Below, piece by piece: positions 7,594 to 17,825 of a stretch of DNA of 35,329 nucleotides. Source of the DNA: Acidimicrobiia bacterium (GTDB taxonomy: Bacteria; Actinomycetota; Acidimicrobiia; Spongiisociales; SHLN01). The notes beneath the pieces are model-generated. The model was not told where the DNA came from, made no database searches, and was given only the letters and a program-made list of their open reading frames with translations. Made by a program: the position numbers and the translations under genes. The DNA lies in contig JBFKDW010000025.1 in assembly GCA_041619515.1 (NCBI GenBank), positions 1 to 35,329 of the forward strand, in the 5' to 3' direction. Numbering within the stretch: position 1 is the stretch's first letter; every line of letters begins with the position of its first letter.

Positions 7594-9120
7594 ATGAGCG
7601 AACGAATGCCTATTCGACGAGCCCTCGTATCGGTCTCGGACAAGACGGGTCTGGTTGAACTCGGAGCCGCGCTGGCTGCCGCCGGGGTCGAGATCGTTGC
7701 ATCCGGAGGAACCAGCCGGGCCCTGCGGCAGGCCGGCATCGCCGTGACGGCGGTACCCGAGGTCACCGGCGCCCCCGAGATGCTGGGAGGCCGGGTCAAG
7801 ACACTGCATCCGAGCATCCACGGAGCCATACTCGCCGACACTGCGGTTGCGGAACACGTGGAGGACCTGAAGGCGGGGGATATCGCCCCGATCGACCTCG
7901 TCGTGTGCAACCTCTACCCCTTCGAGGAGGCGGTGGCGGCGGGCAAAGCCCGGGCGGAGATCGTCGAGAACATCGATATCGGTGGTCCCGCCATGATCCG
8001 GGCGGCCGCCAAGAACCATACGCGGGTAGCCGTTGCAACCAGCCCGGATCACTACGCCACCATCGTCGAGGCCCTGGCCCAGGGGGGCACCACCTTCGAG
8101 GAGCGCCGCCGCCTCGCCACTTCGGCCTTTGCTCACACCGGCCGCTACGACGCCTTGATTCATGGATGGCTCACCGGGGATGACCCGCTTCCTGCCACAC
8201 GACTGGTGGCGCTCGAGCATGTGACCGGCCTGCGCTATGGGGAAAACCCTCATCAGGAGGCCGCCCTCTACCGGCAAGCGGGGGCGGAAGGGTGGCCGTT
8301 CGCCCTCACGCAGATCCAGGGCAAGGAGTTGTCCTTCAACAACTACGCCGACACGGAATCGGCCTGGGATCTCGCCCAGCGGATTGCCGCACCCGGTTGC
8401 GTCGTCGTCAAGCACTCAAATCCGTGTGGCGTGGCGGAGCGAGCCACCATGCTGGAAGCGTTCATAGCGGCTCGGGACTGCGATCCGCTTTCCGCCTTTG
8501 GCGGTGTCGTTGCGATCAATGGTCGGCTCGACGCGCCCACCGCCAAGGAAATGTCGCAAATGTTCCTAGAGGTGATCATCTGCCCGGAGGCCACCGACGA
8601 GGCGGTTGAAACGCTGGCAGTGAAGAAGAACCTCCGTCTCCTGGTTGCGCCGCCTCCGCGCGGCTCGGCCACCGAGATCAGACAGATCGACGGCGGTGCC
8701 CTCATCCAGGTGGCCGATCCGCGTGAGGTGAGAACCGAGCAGTGGGAGGTGGTGTCGCGCGCTGTGCCCACTGAACAGCAGCTCGACGAGATGCGGCTTG
8801 CCTGGGTCGTCGGCAGCCACTGCAAGTCCAACAGCATCGTGATCGTCCACGAAGGGGCCGCCGCCGGTATCGGTGTCGGAGATCAGAGCCGGGTCGGTGC
8901 CGCCGAGCGGGCCGTGCGCCAGGCGGGCACTGTCCCGGGGGCCGCGGCCGCCAGCGAGGCATTGATCCCGTTCCGCGACGGCCTCGACACCCTGGCCGGG
9001 GCGGGCGTCGCGGCGCTCGTCGAAACCGGGGGGTCACGCAACGACCAGGAAGTCATCGACGCCGCCAACGAGCACGACATGGTCCTGGCCTTCACCGGCA
9101 AACGCCACTTTCGCCACTAA
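7594..9120 (+). CDS. purH: Bifunctional AICAR formyltransferase/IMP cyclohydrolase
   Basis: RRALVSVSDKTG, GGRVKTLHP, ENIDIGGP, LRYGENPHQ, GKELSFNN, KHSNPCG, terminal RHFRH; start ATG 7594. Confidence 0.99.
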   Translation: MSERMPIRRALVSVSDKTGLVELGAALAAAGVEIVASGGTSRALRQAGIAVTAVPEVTGAPEMLGGRVKTLHPSIHGAILADTAVAEHVEDLKAGDIAPIDLVVCNLYPFEEAVAAGKARAEIVENIDIGGPAMIRAAAKNHTRVAVATSPDHYATIVEALAQGGTTFEERRRLATSAFAHTGRYDALIHGWLTGDDPLPATRLVALEHVTGLRYGENPHQEAALYRQAGAEGWPFALTQIQGKELSFNNYADTESAWDLAQRIAAPGCVVVKHSNPCGVAERATMLEAFIAARDCDPLSAFGGVVAINGRLDAPTAKEMSQMFLEVIICPEATDEAVETLAVKKNLRLLVAPPPRGSATEIRQIDGGALIQVADPREVRTEQWEVVSRAVPTEQQLDEMRLAWVVGSHCKSNSIVIVHEGAAAGIGVGDQSRVGAAERAVRQAGTVPGAAAASEALIPFRDGLDTLAGAGVAALVETGGSRNDQEVIDAANEHDMVLAFTGKRHFRH

Positions 9121-9122
9121 AC

Positions 9123-9202
9123 GGCTGCCCTTCGGGCAGCTTGGCAGCCCTTCGGGCAGCTTGGCAGCCCTTCGGGCTGCTTGGCAGTTGCTTCGCAACT
9201 GC
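9123..9202. repeat. Four tandem ~20-nt hairpin units with TTC/GAA loops (terminator- or REP-like)
   Basis: GCTGCCC-TTC-GGGCAGC, GCAGCCC-TTC-GGGCAGC, GCAGCCC-TTC-GGGCTGC, GCAGTTGC-TTC-GCAACTGC at 20-nt period, starting 2 nt after purH stop. Confidence 0.9.
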
Positions 9203-9510
9203 GGGCAGAGCTTCGTCGGGCAGCTTCGCAACTGCGGGCAGAGCTTCGTCGGGCAGCTTCGCAACTGCGGGCAGGGCGTCGTCGGGCAGGGCGTCGTCGG
9301 GCAGCTTCGCAACTGCGGGCAGGGCAGGGCGTCGTCGTTTCGCAACTGCGGGCAGGGCAGGGCGTCGTCGTTTCGCAACTGCGGGCAGGGCAGGGCGTCG
9401 TCGTTTCGCAACTGCGGGCAGAGCTTCGTCGGGCAGCTTCGCAACTGCGGGCAGAGCTTCGTCGTTTCGCAACTGCGGGCAGGGCGTCGTCGTTTCGCAA
9501 CTGTGGGCAG
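9192..9510. repeat. Mosaic tandem repeat: 10 copies of TTCGCAACTG(C/T)GGGCAG with recurring short linkers
   Basis: Copies start at 9192, 9225, 9258, 9306, 9339, 9372, 9405, 9438, 9466, 9494 (periods 33,33,48,33,33,33,33,28,28). Confidence 0.97.
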
Positions 9511-9525
9511 CAGGTGGGGGCCCGG

Positions 9526-9981
9526 TCAGGCGGCTCCCGCTGCCCGGGCGATATCGATGAGATCCTGCTGGAGCGCCTTGCGGGTAGCACGCTCGAAAAG
9601 GCGGCCGATGGTTGCCGCCATGAGCCTGGCCACAGGCTTCTCCGGCTCGGCTCCAAACACCCAGGTGATGCGGCTTCCCCCGGTGGGAGTCGGCTCTACT
9701 TCGATGACGGACCGGTAGAACGCACCGTGCGACCGCGCCTCGGTGACATAGGACCGGCCGGGGTCAAGCTCGGTGATCTCCATCTCCTCAGTGGCTGTTC
9801 TCCCAAAGAGGGTGCGGGTCTCCCGCCATCTCGTCCCGACCCCGAAGTCCGAGCCCCCGTCTAGTCGTTCGACCTTCTCGATGCCGGTTATGTTCTGCGC
9901 CGCCCCCTCGATATCGGTGAGGACCTTCCAGATCTGGGCAGGGGTCGCTGATGCCTCGATTGTGGCGGTGAGCCGTCTCAT
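9526..9981 (-). CDS. SRPBCC/polyketide cyclase-like (START-fold) protein
   Basis: IEASATPAQIWKVLTD, GVGTRWRETR, EITELDPGR, C-terminal helix; start ATG 9981 after AAGGAGG. Confidence 0.9.
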   Translation of the reverse strand: MRRLTATIEASATPAQIWKVLTDIEGAAQNITGIEKVERLDGGSDFGVGTRWRETRTLFGRTATEEMEITELDPGRSYVTEARSHGAFYRSVIEVEPTPTGGSRITWVFGAEPEKPVARLMAATIGRLFERATRKALQQDLIDIARAAGAA

Positions 9982-10085
9982 TTCCCTCCTTGGCCGCCCA
10001 CAGGGTAGGCAATCGAACATGCGAGTGACGGGGGCCTGGTGAGGGCCGCACCGACGAGCCTTTTCTCGGAAGCCGGTGCCGGGAT

Positions 10086-10937
10086 CTACCCGGCGAACAG
10101 GGCAGGGAGGATGGCATCGCGGCCCGCCACCAGCAGCACGCCCACGAACAGGCTGACCGCGGCGGTGGCCCCGGCCAATCCCGTGTAGAGCCAGGTACGG
10201 CGATTGCCGGCCACGAAGCCATAGGCGGCTCCGACCGTGATCGCCGAATTGGCGAGGGCCAGCCCAATCAGGAACGCCGCCAGCACCACGAGGCCGGCGG
10301 CCGGCCCCCCAGCGTTGGCAGCAGCCAGAAAGACGAGCACCTGAGTCGGCGTCTCGGCTCCGACTCCGTGCAGCATGCCGATGCCGAAGGAGGTGGCGGG
10401 GGTGTAGTCGGTAAACGGTTCGCGAGCTGGATCGTGCGTGTGTTCGTGATGATGGCGGGGAAGCCGGCCCTCAGGCGCGACCTCTTCCCCCTCATGGTGG
10501 AACGTTGCCAGGGCGCTGTGAGGGTGCGAATGGGCAACCGGTGTGCCCGCATGCGGGGCGAGCCGGGACCGCAGCCACACATAGCCGCGGCGCACCCCCG
10601 CCAGCACGATCATCCAGCGGCTGCGCAGCGGCACCGATCCCCGGTAGCGGATCAGGGTGTATCCGACGTAGAGCCCGAGGATGATGAGTGTCCAGCCGAC
10701 CACCGTTCCCATGAAGGCGTCTGCCCACCCCGGCAGGTTTCGCCCCGTGAGAATGGCAACGGTCCCGATGGCAAAGACGACGGCGGCGTGGCCCGCCACG
10801 TAGAGGGAGCTCATGAGGACGCCGCGGCGGGCGGTCTTCTGGGTGGCGGCTATGTCGCTGATGGCGGCCAGGTGGTCCCAGTCAACGCCGTGGCGCAGCC
10901 CGAGTAAGAATGCGGATGCAACGAGCCCGAATGTGAT
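10086..10937 (-). CDS. NiCoT-superfamily (HoxN/HupN/NixA, UreH/RcnA-like) nickel/cobalt transporter; proposed ATC start
   Basis: In-frame extension upstream of ATG 10814 contains FLLGLRHGVDWDHLAAI; also GHA motif, His-rich loop, GMLHGVGAE and several TM segments. Confidence 0.85.
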   Translation of the reverse strand: MTFGLVASAFLLGLRHGVDWDHLAAISDIAATQKTARRGVLMSSLYVAGHAAVVFAIGTVAILTGRNLPGWADAFMGTVVGWTLIILGLYVGYTLIRYRGSVPLRSRWMIVLAGVRRGYVWLRSRLAPHAGTPVAHSHPHSALATFHHEGEEVAPEGRLPRHHHEHTHDPAREPFTDYTPATSFGIGMLHGVGAETPTQVLVFLAAANAGGPAAGLVVLAAFLIGLALANSAITVGAAYGFVAGNRRTWLYTGLAGATAAVSLFVGVLLVAGRDAILPALFAG

Positions 10938-11013
10938 GCCGGTCCTCCTTCAGGCGCCAGCGTACACCGCCCGGTCCTGCCGGGGGCTGCCCGGCGCGCC
11001 GAGGCCGGGGCTT

Positions 11014-11406
11014 TCAGCCCTTCGCTTTGCCCCTGACCGGGCGCGCATCAGGGTGCTCGCACAGCTCGTAGAAGTTACCGTCGGGGGCGCGGAAGTAGAA
11101 CCACCGATGGCCGTCCTCTCCGAGCTCCAGGTCGGACACGTCGGGCACATCCGCTTGCCGGAGGTCCCGATGAGCCTCCTCGATGTCCTCCACCCAAAAG
11201 CCCGCCACCGGACCGGTGTCGAGCTGGTCGTGTTCGGCCGACTCGGGACCGAAGATCTCAATCCGGTCACCGTCCTCCATCTCCAGCCGGGTGAATCCGC
11301 GCACGTTTGTGGTCAACTCCAGCCCAAGACGATTCTCGAAGAATTTGGAAGTCGCTTCCAGATCATCGGTAGCCGAGCCGACCCAGATAATCCCTTTGAT
11401 GCGCAT
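11014..11406 (-). CDS. VOC/glyoxalase family protein
   Basis: DLEATSKFFENRLGL, GFWVEDIEEA, WFYFRAPDGNFYEL; AGGAGG SD. Confidence 0.92.
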   Translation of the reverse strand: MRIKGIIWVGSATDDLEATSKFFENRLGLELTTNVRGFTRLEMEDGDRIEIFGPESAEHDQLDTGPVAGFWVEDIEEAHRDLRQADVPDVSDLELGEDGHRWFYFRAPDGNFYELCEHPDARPVRGKAKG

Positions 11407-11478
11407 GGAACCTCCTGACAGGGAGCAGTTTACGGATCCGGCGTGCCGCTAGATTGTTCGGGAGTTAGGGAGGAGCCT

Positions 11479-12537
11479 GTGCCGATAGACACCCGACAGG
11501 ATCTTCACGAGCACCTCGAGCTTGCGATCGTGCTCGAGCTCTCCACCATCCCGCCGTACCTGTTCGCCATGTATTCGATCGCGGACCAGGAATCCGAGGC
11601 CGCGCTGCTGATCCGGAGCATCGTGGCCGAGGAGATGCTCCACGCGGCCCTCGCCAGCAACCTCCTGCTGGCGGTGGGCGGCCGGCCCGCCTTCGACACC
11701 ACCGAGCTGATCCCGACCTTTCCGAGTCTCCTCCCTCACCACACGCCACCGCTGGAGCTTCGGTTGCAGCCGTGCTCGCTCGAGCTCGTGACTGATGTGC
11801 TGATGCGACTCGAGCAACCCGAGGTGCACGGCGCTCCCGCCGAGGCGGATGACTTCGAGACGCTCGGGCAGTTCTATCACGCGCTCGAAAACGGCATCGT
11901 CGAACTGTCCGGTCGCATCGACCTCTTCGCCGACCCTCAAGCCGACTCCCAGATGGCCGATCCGTCGTTCTATTCCCCGGTCGCCTACGACGCCGAAGAC
12001 AGTGGTGGGCTCATGCTCATCGACGGGGTGGAATCGGCTCGGGCCGCCATCGAGATCATCGTGCACCAGGGGGAGGGCCTGAGCACGGTGCGATGGGCCG
12101 ACCCGGCGCATCAGGAGTTGACCCACTATTACAAGCTGCTGGAGATCGCCGACGGCACCGTCCCGCTCGGCCGGGTGTTGCCGCTGGCTCCCGACCCGCG
12201 CACCGCCGACTATCCCGCCGACCTGCAACCGGTATCCGACCTCTTCAACGCCTGCTACCGCTACCTGTATCTCGTGCTCCACGAGGTGTTCAGCCCTTCT
12301 GAGGACAAGAAGGCGGTGGTCGCACGTCTCTATCGGCTGATGACGCCGCTGCTCTCAGAGCTGGCGCGGTTTCTCGTGAGCCGGCCGCTGCCGGGCGGCC
12401 ACCATGCTGCCCCCACCTTCGAGATCTACGAGTTCTCTTCTCGCGATCCGCAGGCTGAGATCCAACGGCTGGCGCGCCGGGCGGCAGATCTTCATCCCGG
12501 GTTGGCGGGATTCGAGGCCCAGCTATCCGGCTTGTAG
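11479..12537 (+). CDS. Ferritin-like domain protein (VioB C-terminal-like family)
   Basis: AIVLELSTIPPYLFAMYSI, IVAEEMLHAALASNLLLAVGG, TLGQFY, IVHQGEG, ELTHY; GTG start after GGAGGAG. Confidence 0.88.
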   Translation: MPIDTRQDLHEHLELAIVLELSTIPPYLFAMYSIADQESEAALLIRSIVAEEMLHAALASNLLLAVGGRPAFDTTELIPTFPSLLPHHTPPLELRLQPCSLELVTDVLMRLEQPEVHGAPAEADDFETLGQFYHALENGIVELSGRIDLFADPQADSQMADPSFYSPVAYDAEDSGGLMLIDGVESARAAIEIIVHQGEGLSTVRWADPAHQELTHYYKLLEIADGTVPLGRVLPLAPDPRTADYPADLQPVSDLFNACYRYLYLVLHEVFSPSEDKKAVVARLYRLMTPLLSELARFLVSRPLPGGHHAAPTFEIYEFSSRDPQAEIQRLARRAADLHPGLAGFEAQLSGL

Positions 12538-12550
12538 GAGCCGGAACCGG

Positions 12551-13555
12551 TCACTCGATCCGCAGCTCGGTCCCCTCGATGATCTCGCCGATGAGGAACG
12601 CCTCGTGGCCGTGGCTCGCCACCAGGTCGACGATGCCCGGTGCGACGCTCGGGTCCCCGATGAGCACAAACCCGATTCCCATGTTGAAGGTCCGGAACAT
12701 CTCCTCGTCAGTCACCCGGCCCTGGTCGCGGATGAGACCAAAGATGGGGGCCGGCTCCCATCGGGCGGTGTCGATGCGAGCGGTCAGGCCTTCGGGCAGC
12801 GCCCGCGGGAGATTGCCCGGGAGGCCCCCGCCGGTGATGTGCACCATTCCTGCGACCGCCGCCAATCTGGATGCGGCCAGCACGGCCGGTGCGTAGATGA
12901 CGGAGGGCTCGAGCAGGATCTCGCCGAGTGATGCCCCGAGGGCGGGGCGCTGATAGTCGGACTCGTCGAAGAGCGAACGGACCAGGGAGAAGCCGTTGGA
13001 GCGCAGATTGGGGCTGGCGATCCCGACCACCGCATCGCCCGTCGAGACGCGGGCGGGGTCCGGAATCGCCCGGCGCTCCACGACCCCGAGGGCGGCACCC
13101 GCCAGGTCGAACTGCAACGGATCCATGACCCCCGGATGCACGGCCGTTTCGCCGCCGAGCAGGGCGCACCCGGCGACCCCGCAGGCTGCGGCGATCGATG
13201 CCACCAACGCGAGATCGCGGGCCGGATCGAGCGCACCCACCGCCAGGTAATCGGTCAATCCCAGCGGAGATGCCCCTGCCGCCGCCAGGTCGTCGACGCA
13301 CATGGCCACCAGGTCGTAGCCGAGCGTGTCGAATCGCCCGAGAGCCCTGGCAACCTCGGCCTTCGTCCCGACTCCGTCGGTGGTCATCATCAGCACCGGG
13401 TCGTCGTAGCCGGGCGGGACCGTCACTCCGGCCGCAAACCCTCCGAATCGACCGACGACGTTCTGCCCCCAGGTAGCGGTGACCGTCTCGGCGATGGAGC
13501 CGGTGAATCGTTCGGCGGCTGCCACGTCGACACCGGCCTCAGAATATGAGCTCAC
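12551..13555 (-). CDS. purM: Phosphoribosylformylglycinamidine cyclo-ligase (AIR synthetase)
   Basis: YSEAGVD, TDGVGTK, DLVAMCVDD, GGETA, HITGGG, EMFRTFNMGIG. Confidence 0.98.
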   Translation of the reverse strand: MSSYSEAGVDVAAAERFTGSIAETVTATWGQNVVGRFGGFAAGVTVPPGYDDPVLMMTTDGVGTKAEVARALGRFDTLGYDLVAMCVDDLAAAGASPLGLTDYLAVGALDPARDLALVASIAAACGVAGCALLGGETAVHPGVMDPLQFDLAGAALGVVERRAIPDPARVSTGDAVVGIASPNLRSNGFSLVRSLFDESDYQRPALGASLGEILLEPSVIYAPAVLAASRLAAVAGMVHITGGGLPGNLPRALPEGLTARIDTARWEPAPIFGLIRDQGRVTDEEMFRTFNMGIGFVLIGDPSVAPGIVDLVASHGHEAFLIGEIIEGTELRIE

Positions 13556-14958
13556 GGCTGCTCCAACACGAACTTGTCCCCGCCGATCGATGTCGGGTAG
13601 TCACCGGACAGGCAGGCGTTGCAGAAGGTCTGGTTGGCATCGGGAAGGGCCGACTGCAGGCCCTCCAGCGAGAGATAGCCGAGAGAATCAACGGCGAGGA
13701 ACCCGGCGATCTCTTCCTCGGTGCGATGGGCAGCGAGCAGGGAGCTGCGATCCGACGTGTCCATGCCGTAGAAGCACGGCCACCGATAGGGCGGCGAGGA
13801 AACTCGTAGGTGCACCTCGCGGGCGCCGGCCGCCCGCACCAGCTCGACCAGCTGGCGGGTGGTGGTGCCACGCACGACAGAGTCGTCGACCAGAATGACC
13901 CGCCGTCCATCGAGCGTGTCCTTGATGGGGTTGAGCTTCAGCCTGATGCCCTGATCCCGGAGCATCTGCTCGGGCTCGATGAAGGTGCGGCCGACATAAC
14001 GGTTCTTGACGAGCCCGTCCTCGTACGGGATCCCCGACTCGAGAGCAAACCCCTGGGCGGCCGGTATGCCGGACTCTGGAACGGGGACCACGACGTCTGC
14101 AGCGGCAGGTGCCTCGCGTGCCAGGCGCCGCCCCATCGAAACCCGGGCTGCGTGCACATTCTGGCCGGCCAGGACGCTGTCGGGCCGGGCAAAATAGACG
14201 AACTCGAAGACGCAGAGGCGCGACGGGGCGCTCCCCTGGGGAAAGGACGATGACACCCCGGCCTCGTCGAGCACGATCATCTCCCCCGGCAGGACATCGT
14301 GCTCGAAGGTGGCGCCGACGAGGTCGAGCGCGGCGGTCTCGGAGGCGACCACCCATCCATCCTCGCCGATTCTGCCCAGCGACATCGGCCGGAACCCGTG
14401 CGGGTCGCGGACGGCCACCACCGACGTATCGTCCATGACGACCAGCGTGTAGGCGCCTTCAAACTCGGGGAGGACGTTGGCGATCGCTTCCCGCAACGGG
14501 ATGTTCTCGTCCTTCTGTATTTGCTCGGCAATCGCACTGATCATCAGCTCAGAGTCGGTGGAAGCTGCCGCAGAGCCCAACCGCATCGCCAGGTCGGCCG
14601 TGTTGGTGAGGTTGCCGTTGTGACCGAGGGCGAGGCTGCGCCGGCCGACCGCCCGAAACGCCGGCTGCGCGTTCTCCCAGGTGCTGGAGCCGGTGGTGGA
14701 GTATCGCGTGTGGCCGATACCCAGGTCCCCCTGCAAGCCCGCCAGCGTGTTCCGGTCGAACACAGTCGACAGCAGCCCCATGTTCTTGTAGGTCGTCAGC
14801 CGGTGGCCGTCCGAAACCGAGATGCCGGCACTCTCCTGGCCGCGGTGCTGCAACGCGAACAGTCCGAAGTAGATGAGGTTGGCGATGTGGGTTCCCGGGA
14901 CGAATGCGCCGAACACGCCGCATGCCTCACCCGGTTTCTCCGCCGGGGAGCTACTCAT
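13552..14958 (-). CDS. purF: Amidophosphoribosyltransferase (propeptide, Fe-S type)
   Basis: EA-CGVFG N-terminal nucleophile, [29 protein letters not shown], Cys ligands LCVFE, PCFYG, CNAC; start ATG 14958. Confidence 0.99.
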   Translation of the reverse strand: MSSSPAEKPGEACGVFGAFVPGTHIANLIYFGLFALQHRGQESAGISVSDGHRLTTYKNMGLLSTVFDRNTLAGLQGDLGIGHTRYSTTGSSTWENAQPAFRAVGRRSLALGHNGNLTNTADLAMRLGSAAASTDSELMISAIAEQIQKDENIPLREAIANVLPEFEGAYTLVVMDDTSVVAVRDPHGFRPMSLGRIGEDGWVVASETAALDLVGATFEHDVLPGEMIVLDEAGVSSSFPQGSAPSRLCVFEFVYFARPDSVLAGQNVHAARVSMGRRLAREAPAAADVVVPVPESGIPAAQGFALESGIPYEDGLVKNRYVGRTFIEPEQMLRDQGIRLKLNPIKDTLDGRRVILVDDSVVRGTTTRQLVELVRAAGAREVHLRVSSPPYRWPCFYGMDTSDRSSLLAAHRTEEEIAGFLAVDSLGYLSLEGLQSALPDANQTFCNACLSGDYPTSIGGDKFVLEQP

Positions 14959-17140
14959 GAATGGCCCCGTGCATCGCAGTCGGCAAGGCACCCTCCCACA
15001 CTGCCCTGAGCCGTTCGATCGGCACGTCGGTTGTCGTCCGGTGGACGATCGAAAGATTCGATCCGCCGGTGATGCCGATGTCCTCCACGTGACAGCCGAC
15101 TTCTCGTGCCAGCTGGGCGACCAGGGCCACTCCCTCGGGCGCAACGACGCACACGAAGCGATGCGGATCTTCGCCGAACGCCTCCTCGACCGATCCAAGC
15201 TCGATATGAGCCCCGACGCCGAATTCGATGAGCAGCTCGGCCACCGCCACCAGCGCGCCTCCCTGGGAAATGTCGTGCAGGTGCGCTCCGGGGACGATAT
15301 GGGTGATCCGGATGGCCAGCTCGATGCTGCGTCCGCCCTCCTCGGGGTCGATCCGGGTGGGTCGGCCGCCCAGGACGCCATGCACGACTCGCTGATATGC
15401 GCTGCCGGCCATGCTGGTGCTGGGTTCCGGGCCGACGACGAGGACGCTCATCCCGCCCACGAGAGGGCCGGGGCGAGGCGGGATCGGTTCGGCCATTCCC
15501 AGCAAGCCCACCACCGGAGTTGGGTAGATGTCGCGGCCGTCGGTTTCGTTGTAGAACGACACATTTCCGCCCACGATGGGCACCCCAAGCGCCTCACAGG
15601 CAGATCCCAGCCCGGCGAGCGTCTCGGTGAACTGCCACATCACCTCCGGCTTCTCGGGATTCCCGAGATTCAGGTTGTCGACCACCGCCAGCGGGCGGGC
15701 TCCGAGCACGGCGACGTTCAACGCCGCCTCATACACGAGCCGCTGGGCGCCGCGTCGCGGATCCAGCACACACAGCCGACCGTTGCCGTCGGTCGAGACC
15801 GCCAGACCTTTGTCCGTGCCGCGAACCCGGATGAGCGATCCGTCCCGGCCGGGTCCGCGCACCGTGTTGAGAAACAACATGTGATCGAACTGCTCGTATA
15901 CCCAAGACCGGTCGCCCAGGGCGGGGTCGGCGAGCATGCTGAGCAACGCCACGTCGAATGGCACCTCGGCCGACCGGCTGGAGACGTCCCACAGCTCGTC
16001 GATCCAACCGGGGCGGGCGATCGGGCGTCGCAACACGGGTGCCTCGTCGGTGAGCGAGGCGGCCGGAACGTCCACCACCTGCACCCCGTCGTGGTACACG
16101 CGCAGGCGGTCGCCGGAGGCGACCGTACCGACCACCGAGGCATCGATCTCCCATCTGGCTGCCACGGCGAGGACCGCCTCGACGTGCTGCGGCGACACGA
16201 AGGCCATCATCCGCTCCTGTGACTCGGACATCAGCAGCTCGGGGGCGGTCATGCCCGGCTCGCGCAAATGGACGGCATCGAGGTTGAGATCCATGCCGAC
16301 ACCGGCACGGGCCGCCGGCTCGCTGGCGGCGCAGGTAAGGCCGGCGGCTCCCAAATCTTGCACCCCGACGACGAGGTGGCTCCGGTAGAGCTCGAGGCAC
16401 GCTTCGATCAGCTTCTTCTCTTCGAACGGGTCTCCCACCTGAACCGACGGGCGCTTGCTTTCCGCCCGCTCATCGAAACCGGCGGAGGCGAGCACGGAGG
16501 CGCCGCCGATGCCGTCCCGTCCGGTCGAAGCTCCCAGCAGGACCGCCACGGTACCGGGTTCGCCGGCCGTGCCGAGCACCAGCTGATCGTCCCGGAGCAG
16601 ACCCAGGCACATGACGTTGACGAGCGGATTGCCGGCGTAGACGGGCTCGAACTCGACTTCGCCTCCCAGTGTCGGAACCCCGACGGCGTTCCCGTAGCCG
16701 GCAATGCCGGCCACCACCCCGTTGAACAGATAGCGGTTGTGGGCGTCGGAAAGCTCGCCGAAACGGATCTGGTTCCACAGCCCGACCGGCCGGGCCCCCA
16801 TCGTGAAGATGTCGCGCAGAATCCCGCCGACGCCGGTGGCTGCTCCCTGATACGGCTCGACGAAGGAGGGGTGGTTGTGGCTCTCGATGCGGAGCGCCGC
16901 CAGCCAGCCGTCTCCAATGTCGACGACACCGGCGTTTTCTCCCGGGCCCACCACGACCCACGGGGCGTCGGTCGGGAGGTCGCTCAGATGGGCGCGGGAC
17001 GACTTGTAGGAGCAGTGCTCGGACCACATCACCGAGTACATGGCAAGCTCCGGGTCGGCGGGCGGTCGACCCAGCACCTCATGAATGGCCCCGTACTCCG
17101 CGTCGGTCATTCCCAGCCGGCGGTGGAGCGTCTCAGCCAT
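14951..17140 (-). CDS. purL: FGAM synthase subunit PurL (small type)
   Basis: [54 protein letters not shown]. Confidence 0.99.
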   Translation of the reverse strand: MAETLHRRLGMTDAEYGAIHEVLGRPPADPELAMYSVMWSEHCSYKSSRAHLSDLPTDAPWVVVGPGENAGVVDIGDGWLAALRIESHNHPSFVEPYQGAATGVGGILRDIFTMGARPVGLWNQIRFGELSDAHNRYLFNGVVAGIAGYGNAVGVPTLGGEVEFEPVYAGNPLVNVMCLGLLRDDQLVLGTAGEPGTVAVLLGASTGRDGIGGASVLASAGFDERAESKRPSVQVGDPFEEKKLIEACLELYRSHLVVGVQDLGAAGLTCAASEPAARAGVGMDLNLDAVHLREPGMTAPELLMSESQERMMAFVSPQHVEAVLAVAARWEIDASVVGTVASGDRLRVYHDGVQVVDVPAASLTDEAPVLRRPIARPGWIDELWDVSSRSAEVPFDVALLSMLADPALGDRSWVYEQFDHMLFLNTVRGPGRDGSLIRVRGTDKGLAVSTDGNGRLCVLDPRRGAQRLVYEAALNVAVLGARPLAVVDNLNLGNPEKPEVMWQFTETLAGLGSACEALGVPIVGGNVSFYNETDGRDIYPTPVVGLLGMAEPIPPRPGPLVGGMSVLVVGPEPSTSMAGSAYQRVVHGVLGGRPTRIDPEEGGRSIELAIRITHIVPGAHLHDISQGGALVAVAELLIEFGVGAHIELGSVEEAFGEDPHRFVCVVAPEGVALVAQLAREVGCHVEDIGITGGSNLSIVHRTTTDVPIERLRAVWEGALPTAMHGAIHE

Positions 17141-17825
17141 CGACGGCTCCCAAGCTCGCAGCTTCGCTTGCGGCGATGAAGGACTCGAGCAGGACGCGTC
17201 CGTCGGTTGAGGCCATGAACGGCTCGATGGCTCGTTCCGGGTGCGGCATGACGGCGGCGACCGTCCCGGATGAGTTGGCGATCCCGGCTACGGAGTCGGA
17301 CGAACCGTTCGGGTTTGCGGCTCCGGTCACGGATCCGTCCGCTTCGCAGTACCGGAGGATGGGCCGGGCGGCCTCGGGGCCGGGGAGGTAATTGCCCTCG
17401 TAGGAGTTGAGGGGAATGGTGAGGACCTGCCCGATGGCGGCGGCCCGGGTGAGCACGGAATCGGTCGATTCGACCCGGACGTGAACCGGCCGGCAGATGA
17501 ATCGAAGGTCGCGGTTGGCGATGAGTGCTCCCGGGAGCAAACCGGCCTCACAGAGGATCTGGAAACCGTTGCAAATACCGAGCACCGGGTGTCCCTCGGC
17601 CGCGAGCTTCTCCACCGCCGCCATGATGGGTGAGAAGCGGGCGATGGCGCCGGCGCGAAGGTAGTCGCCGTGGGCAAAGCCCCCCGGCAATACCACCGCC
17701 GTTAGCCCGTCCAGGGAGGTCTCGCGATGCCACACCGGCACGGTCTCGGCGCCCAGGGCGTCGAGAGCGTAGGCCACGTCCTCCTCGCAGTTCGTCCCGG
17801 GGAAGACGATGATCCCGACCGTCAA
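17133..17825 (-). CDS. purQ: FGAM synthase glutaminase subunit PurQ
   Basis: [45 protein letters not shown] start overlapping purS stop (TTGA). Confidence 0.98.
   Translation of the reverse strand: MTVGIIVFPGTNCEEDVAYALDALGAETVPVWHRETSLDGLTAVVLPGGFAHGDYLRAGAIARFSPIMAAVEKLAAEGHPVLGICNGFQILCEAGLLPGALIANRDLRFICRPVHVRVESTDSVLTRAAAIGQVLTIPLNSYEGNYLPGPEAARPILRYCEADGSVTGAANPNGSSDSVAGIANSSGTVAAVMPHPERAIEPFMASTDGRVLLESFIAASEAASLGAVDG

Noticed and set aside
9192..9510. CRISPR array
   Set aside because: Core is only 17 nt, linkers are 11-31 nt, repeated and related to each other rather than unique, and no cas genes or AT-rich leader are present.
9034..9864. Several ORFs through the repeat region
   Set aside because: Open in many frames on both strands only because the repeat lacks stop codons; they overlap purH or SRPBCC and have no SD or family signal.
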